Sequence record: SRR31156797_4473
Direction: 5' to 3' (one strand)
Length of the DNA: 51,999 nucleotides
Both the position numbers and the translations under genes were made by a program. Shown piece by piece: positions 49,094-51,999 of this stretch; position 1 is the stretch's first letter, and each line of letters begins with the position of its first letter. The notes below the pieces were generated by a model. It did not search any database, was not told the origin of the DNA, and saw only the letters and a program-made list of their open reading frames with translations.

Positions 49094-50179
49094 ATGCAGC
49101 ACCTTAACAAACTGTCTTTTGTATGCGCAGTTGCCTTTATTTGGCTGCTGCATTGTCCACTTTCGGTTGCAGCCGCTGAATTACAAACAGCCAATGTCAA
49201 ACCAAATGTCAGCAATGAGACGAGCGGCCTTGTTCGCATGGCAGATAATTTTTTTATCATCTATGACCCTTCCACCACCATGGATGTCCCTTACAAAGAT
49301 ACAGGACTAAGTCGCATAGAGGCACAAAAACAAATATTGCAGAAAAGCAATGCATCGTTACCGGAACTCGGTTGGCAAGCAGGGCTCTATCCCCACTGGA
49401 AAGGTGGCCTCTGGCTCCATGGTTCGCCCATGGCCTTTAAACCCTACTACCCTCTCCACAGGTACGAAAACGTACCTTTTGGCGAAGCCATCGATCAGTT
49501 GCCTACGCTCCCACAGTCACCACCCATGCTCCAGACAGGGCTAATGAAGCTCGAACACATGCTTGGGCTCCCCGGCCGTACAGAAATTTTTATTTTTTCC
49601 GACGGTAAGGAATCAACCTATCCTGAATTGGAGCCGCCGCCGCTTGAGCAAGCGAAAAAATTAGCAGAAACCTTTGACGTCTGTTTCACCATCATCAGCA
49701 GTGCCGCAGATGCAGCAGGTAAACAGCTGCTGCATGATATAGGTTCAGTCAACAGTTGTTCCCAGGTTATGGATTTTGACACGATCTACAACAACCCTGA
49801 GCACCTGTTTGGAAAACTCTACATGGATACCGGCGACAGCCAGTTTAACAATATCCTGTTTGATTTTGACAAAGCAGAAATCAAGCCTCTATTCACTGAG
49901 ACATTGGATAGCCTTGGCAAATTCCTCATTGATCATCCGCAAACCTATGTTGTCTTGTCAGGATTTACGGATAACATCGGCAGCGAAACCTACAATATAG
50001 ACCTCTCTCAACGAAGGGCTCAAATAATCCAACAGTACCTGATGCAACAACACCGTGTTGAGCAAAAACGAATTCTCCTTTATTGGTACGGAGATAACAA
50101 TCCAGTAGCCGCCAACGATACCGCCCACGGACGTCAACTTAATCGTCGGGTGACCATCAGCCTGCGTAACAAGCAATAA
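49094..50179 (+). CDS. Secreted protein with vWA-like domain and OmpA peptidoglycan-binding domain
   Basis: Signal peptide; IIYDPSTTM and IFIFSDG (vWA/MIDAS-like); ILFDFDK, GFTDNIGSETYNIDLSQRRA, GRQLNRRV (OmpA_C). Confidence 0.85.
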   Translation: MQHLNKLSFVCAVAFIWLLHCPLSVAAAELQTANVKPNVSNETSGLVRMADNFFIIYDPSTTMDVPYKDTGLSRIEAQKQILQKSNASLPELGWQAGLYPHWKGGLWLHGSPMAFKPYYPLHRYENVPFGEAIDQLPTLPQSPPMLQTGLMKLEHMLGLPGRTEIFIFSDGKESTYPELEPPPLEQAKKLAETFDVCFTIISSAADAAGKQLLHDIGSVNSCSQVMDFDTIYNNPEHLFGKLYMDTGDSQFNNILFDFDKAEIKPLFTETLDSLGKFLIDHPQTYVVLSGFTDNIGSETYNIDLSQRRAQIIQQYLMQQHRVEQKRILLYWYGDNNPVAANDTAHGRQLNRRVTISLRNKQ

Positions 50180-50210
50180 TCACTGATTACATTCTTACTC
50201 AGGACACATC

Positions 50211-51602
50211 ATGCAACTGCAATTTCACGGCGCTGCAAAAAATGTAACCGGCTCCTGCCATTACCTAGAACACAACGATACCCGCATCCTCATAGACTGC
50301 GGTCTTTATCAGGGACGTCGGGAACTGGAAGAAGAAAACCGCAATGACTTCGGTTTTGACCCTGCATCCATAGATTTCCTCCTCCTCACTCACGGTCACC
50401 TGGATCATTGCGGACGTATACCCCTACTTGTAAAAAAGGGATTTAGAGGGACCATTGTTACCACCGCCGCAACCAGGGAACTTGCCCGCCTGGTCATGCT
50501 GGATTCGGCTAGAATCCAGGAAGAAGAAGCAAAATACAAAAACTATAAAAACAACAAACAAAAAAAGTTCAAGGCCCCCTTTCTCCCTCTCTACGACACC
50601 TTGGACGCTTTAAACTGCCTTGACTACTTTGTTGATATTGCCGCCTTTTCTGAACCGCATGACTTATGTCCTGGAATCCAAGCCACATTTTATGATGCTG
50701 GTCACATTCTCGGATCTGCATCAATTCTGGTGGAGGCTGACACGGAGGCAGGGCGCAAAAAGGTCCTTTTTTCAGGAGACCTGGGTTATGATGATCGAGC
50801 AATCCTGCCAGACCCAGCTACTCCGCCTCACGCAGACATCGTTGTAATGGAGAGCACCTACGGTAACAGGCTTCATAAGCAACTCCAGCCCTCCATAGAA
50901 GAGCTCTATGATGCCATCAACATAACAATCAAAAAAAATGGTAATGTGCTCATTCCAAGCTTTGCCTTGGAAAGAAGTCAGGAAATTTTATACTACCTGA
51001 GAGAGGGGGTGGAACAGAACCTGCTTCCACAAGACCTGGAAGTATTCCTTGATTCGCCCATGGCAATCTCTGCCACCCAAATTTTCAGAAGACATCCAGA
51101 ATGTTTTGACGAAGAAACCTGGGGGGTGGTCGCCTCAGGGAGGGATCCTTTTGAATTGCCAGGTCTCCATTTTTCCAGAGAGACAGCAGAGTCCATGACA
51201 TTGAAACAAGTGCGTGGGGTGGTGATCATTGCCGGATCCGGGATGTGTACTGCCGGCCGGATACGTCATCACTTGCGCCACAATTTATGGCGCAAGGAAG
51301 CAGCGGTCATTTTTGTCGGCTATGCTGGAGAGGGTACCACTGCCCGTCGAATCATTGATGGCGCAGAATCAATACGCATCTTCAGAGAAGAAATTGATGT
51401 GCGCGCTAATATTTATACCATCGGCGGATTCTCTGCCCATGCCGACCAAAAGGAACTCTTGAACTGGCATCGTAAGACCGGCGATCCAGAGCGCACCTTC
51501 CTCGTCCATGGTGAAGAAGAGGCCATGACCACTTTTGCTTCTCTGCTCACCAAGACCAAGGTGATACTCCCCGACAACCATGAACAATACACATTGTTTT
51601 AG
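50211..51602 (+). CDS. Metallo-beta-lactamase beta-CASP ribonuclease
   Basis: VTGSC, IDCGLYQG, LTHGHLDHCG, AGHILGS, FSGDLG, MESTYG, AGSGMC, FSAHAD, LVHGE. Confidence 0.94.
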   Translation: MQLQFHGAAKNVTGSCHYLEHNDTRILIDCGLYQGRRELEEENRNDFGFDPASIDFLLLTHGHLDHCGRIPLLVKKGFRGTIVTTAATRELARLVMLDSARIQEEEAKYKNYKNNKQKKFKAPFLPLYDTLDALNCLDYFVDIAAFSEPHDLCPGIQATFYDAGHILGSASILVEADTEAGRKKVLFSGDLGYDDRAILPDPATPPHADIVVMESTYGNRLHKQLQPSIEELYDAINITIKKNGNVLIPSFALERSQEILYYLREGVEQNLLPQDLEVFLDSPMAISATQIFRRHPECFDEETWGVVASGRDPFELPGLHFSRETAESMTLKQVRGVVIIAGSGMCTAGRIRHHLRHNLWRKEAAVIFVGYAGEGTTARRIIDGAESIRIFREEIDVRANIYTIGGFSAHADQKELLNWHRKTGDPERTFLVHGEEEAMTTFASLLTKTKVILPDNHEQYTLF

Positions 51603-51647
51603 ATTGCTTTTAGCAGTATCCCCTGCAGCCAGAGATAGAGTTTACCC

Positions 51648-51678
51648 AAAAGCCGGTAAAAGACACTGTTTACCGGCT
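51648..51678 (-). terminator. Terminator between convergent genes
   Basis: AGCCGGTAAA-N8-TTTACCGGCT 10-bp stem; TTTT tail on the minus strand. Confidence 0.72.
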
Positions 51679-51716
51679 AAGCTGTGCAAGGTTTACTACT
51701 GTGCGTAAACGGTTGC

Positions 51717-51999
51717 CTACTCTACAGCAGCTTTCCCTTTTTCCATAGCCTGTGCCGCGGCATCCTGCGTTGCTTCCCCGGCATCAGCTGCAGCATCTTT
51801 TGTTTTTTCTACAGCCTCACCAGCTGCTTCCTGTGAGCTTTCCACGGCTTCGCCACCCATGTCCTTGCTCTTTTCCCAGAGCTCGGCAGATTCTTCCTTG
51901 GTCTTATCCCAGGCGTCCCCGCTTGCTTCTTTTGTTTTATCCCAAGTCTCAGCACTCACCTCTTTGGTCTTATCCCAAGTCTCGGCACTCACCTCTTTG
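51717..51999 (-). CDS. LEA-like hydrophilic repeat protein, 5' end beyond window
   Basis: Frame is open to the window edge; 11-aa repeats (VSAETWDKTKE, ASGDAWDKTKE, ESAELWEKSKD). Confidence 0.82.
   Translation of the reverse strand, partial: KEVSAETWDKTKEVSAETWDKTKEASGDAWDKTKEESAELWEKSKDMGGEAVESSQEAAGEAVEKTKDAAADAGEATQDAAAQAMEKGKAAVE
51871..51999. repeat. 33-bp coding tandem repeat
   Basis: TTATCCCA units start at 51904, 51937 and 51970; the last two units are nearly identical. Confidence 0.88.

Noticed and set aside
51871..51999. 33-bp periodic repeats as a possible CRISPR array
   Set aside because: In-frame coding repeats without unique spacers.

Overview
A 52-kb stretch of mostly core bacterial chromosome. 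Gene content and style suggest an anaerobic Desulfobacterota member, possibly Desulfobulbales (inference, not verified). It encodes a partial purine nucleoside phosphorylase, thrC, rsfS, topB, an alpha/beta hydrolase, and a cell-envelope cluster: a membrane-anchored coiled-coil protein, a TPR-like lipoprotein, an unusually large class A PBP and a divergent LysM lytic transglycosylase. Next come a TraB-family protein, yhbY, a DUF2058-like protein, a GGCT-like protein, a frameshifted dienelactone hydrolase and glyA. A 13-gene complex I-like operon follows; it lacks nuoEFG, has four antiporter-type subunits and lies divergent from a LysR regulator. The rest holds an aminotransferase, an 11-12-heme cytochrome c, nadE, a cold-shock protein, mltG, lon, a GlmU-like acetyltransferase, two hypothetical genes sharing an overlapping start, a USP, AhbD-like radical SAM plus hemE, HD-domain, vWA-OmpA and beta-CASP genes, and a partial LEA-like repeat protein. 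I saw no rRNA, tRNA, CRISPR array or intact mobile element, and I cannot claim a clearly novel system. The best leads are the four-antiporter headless complex I with its promoter/LysR-box arrangement, the PBP1A insertion with its neighbouring lipoprotein, the multiheme cytochrome and the head-to-head CATG gene pair.
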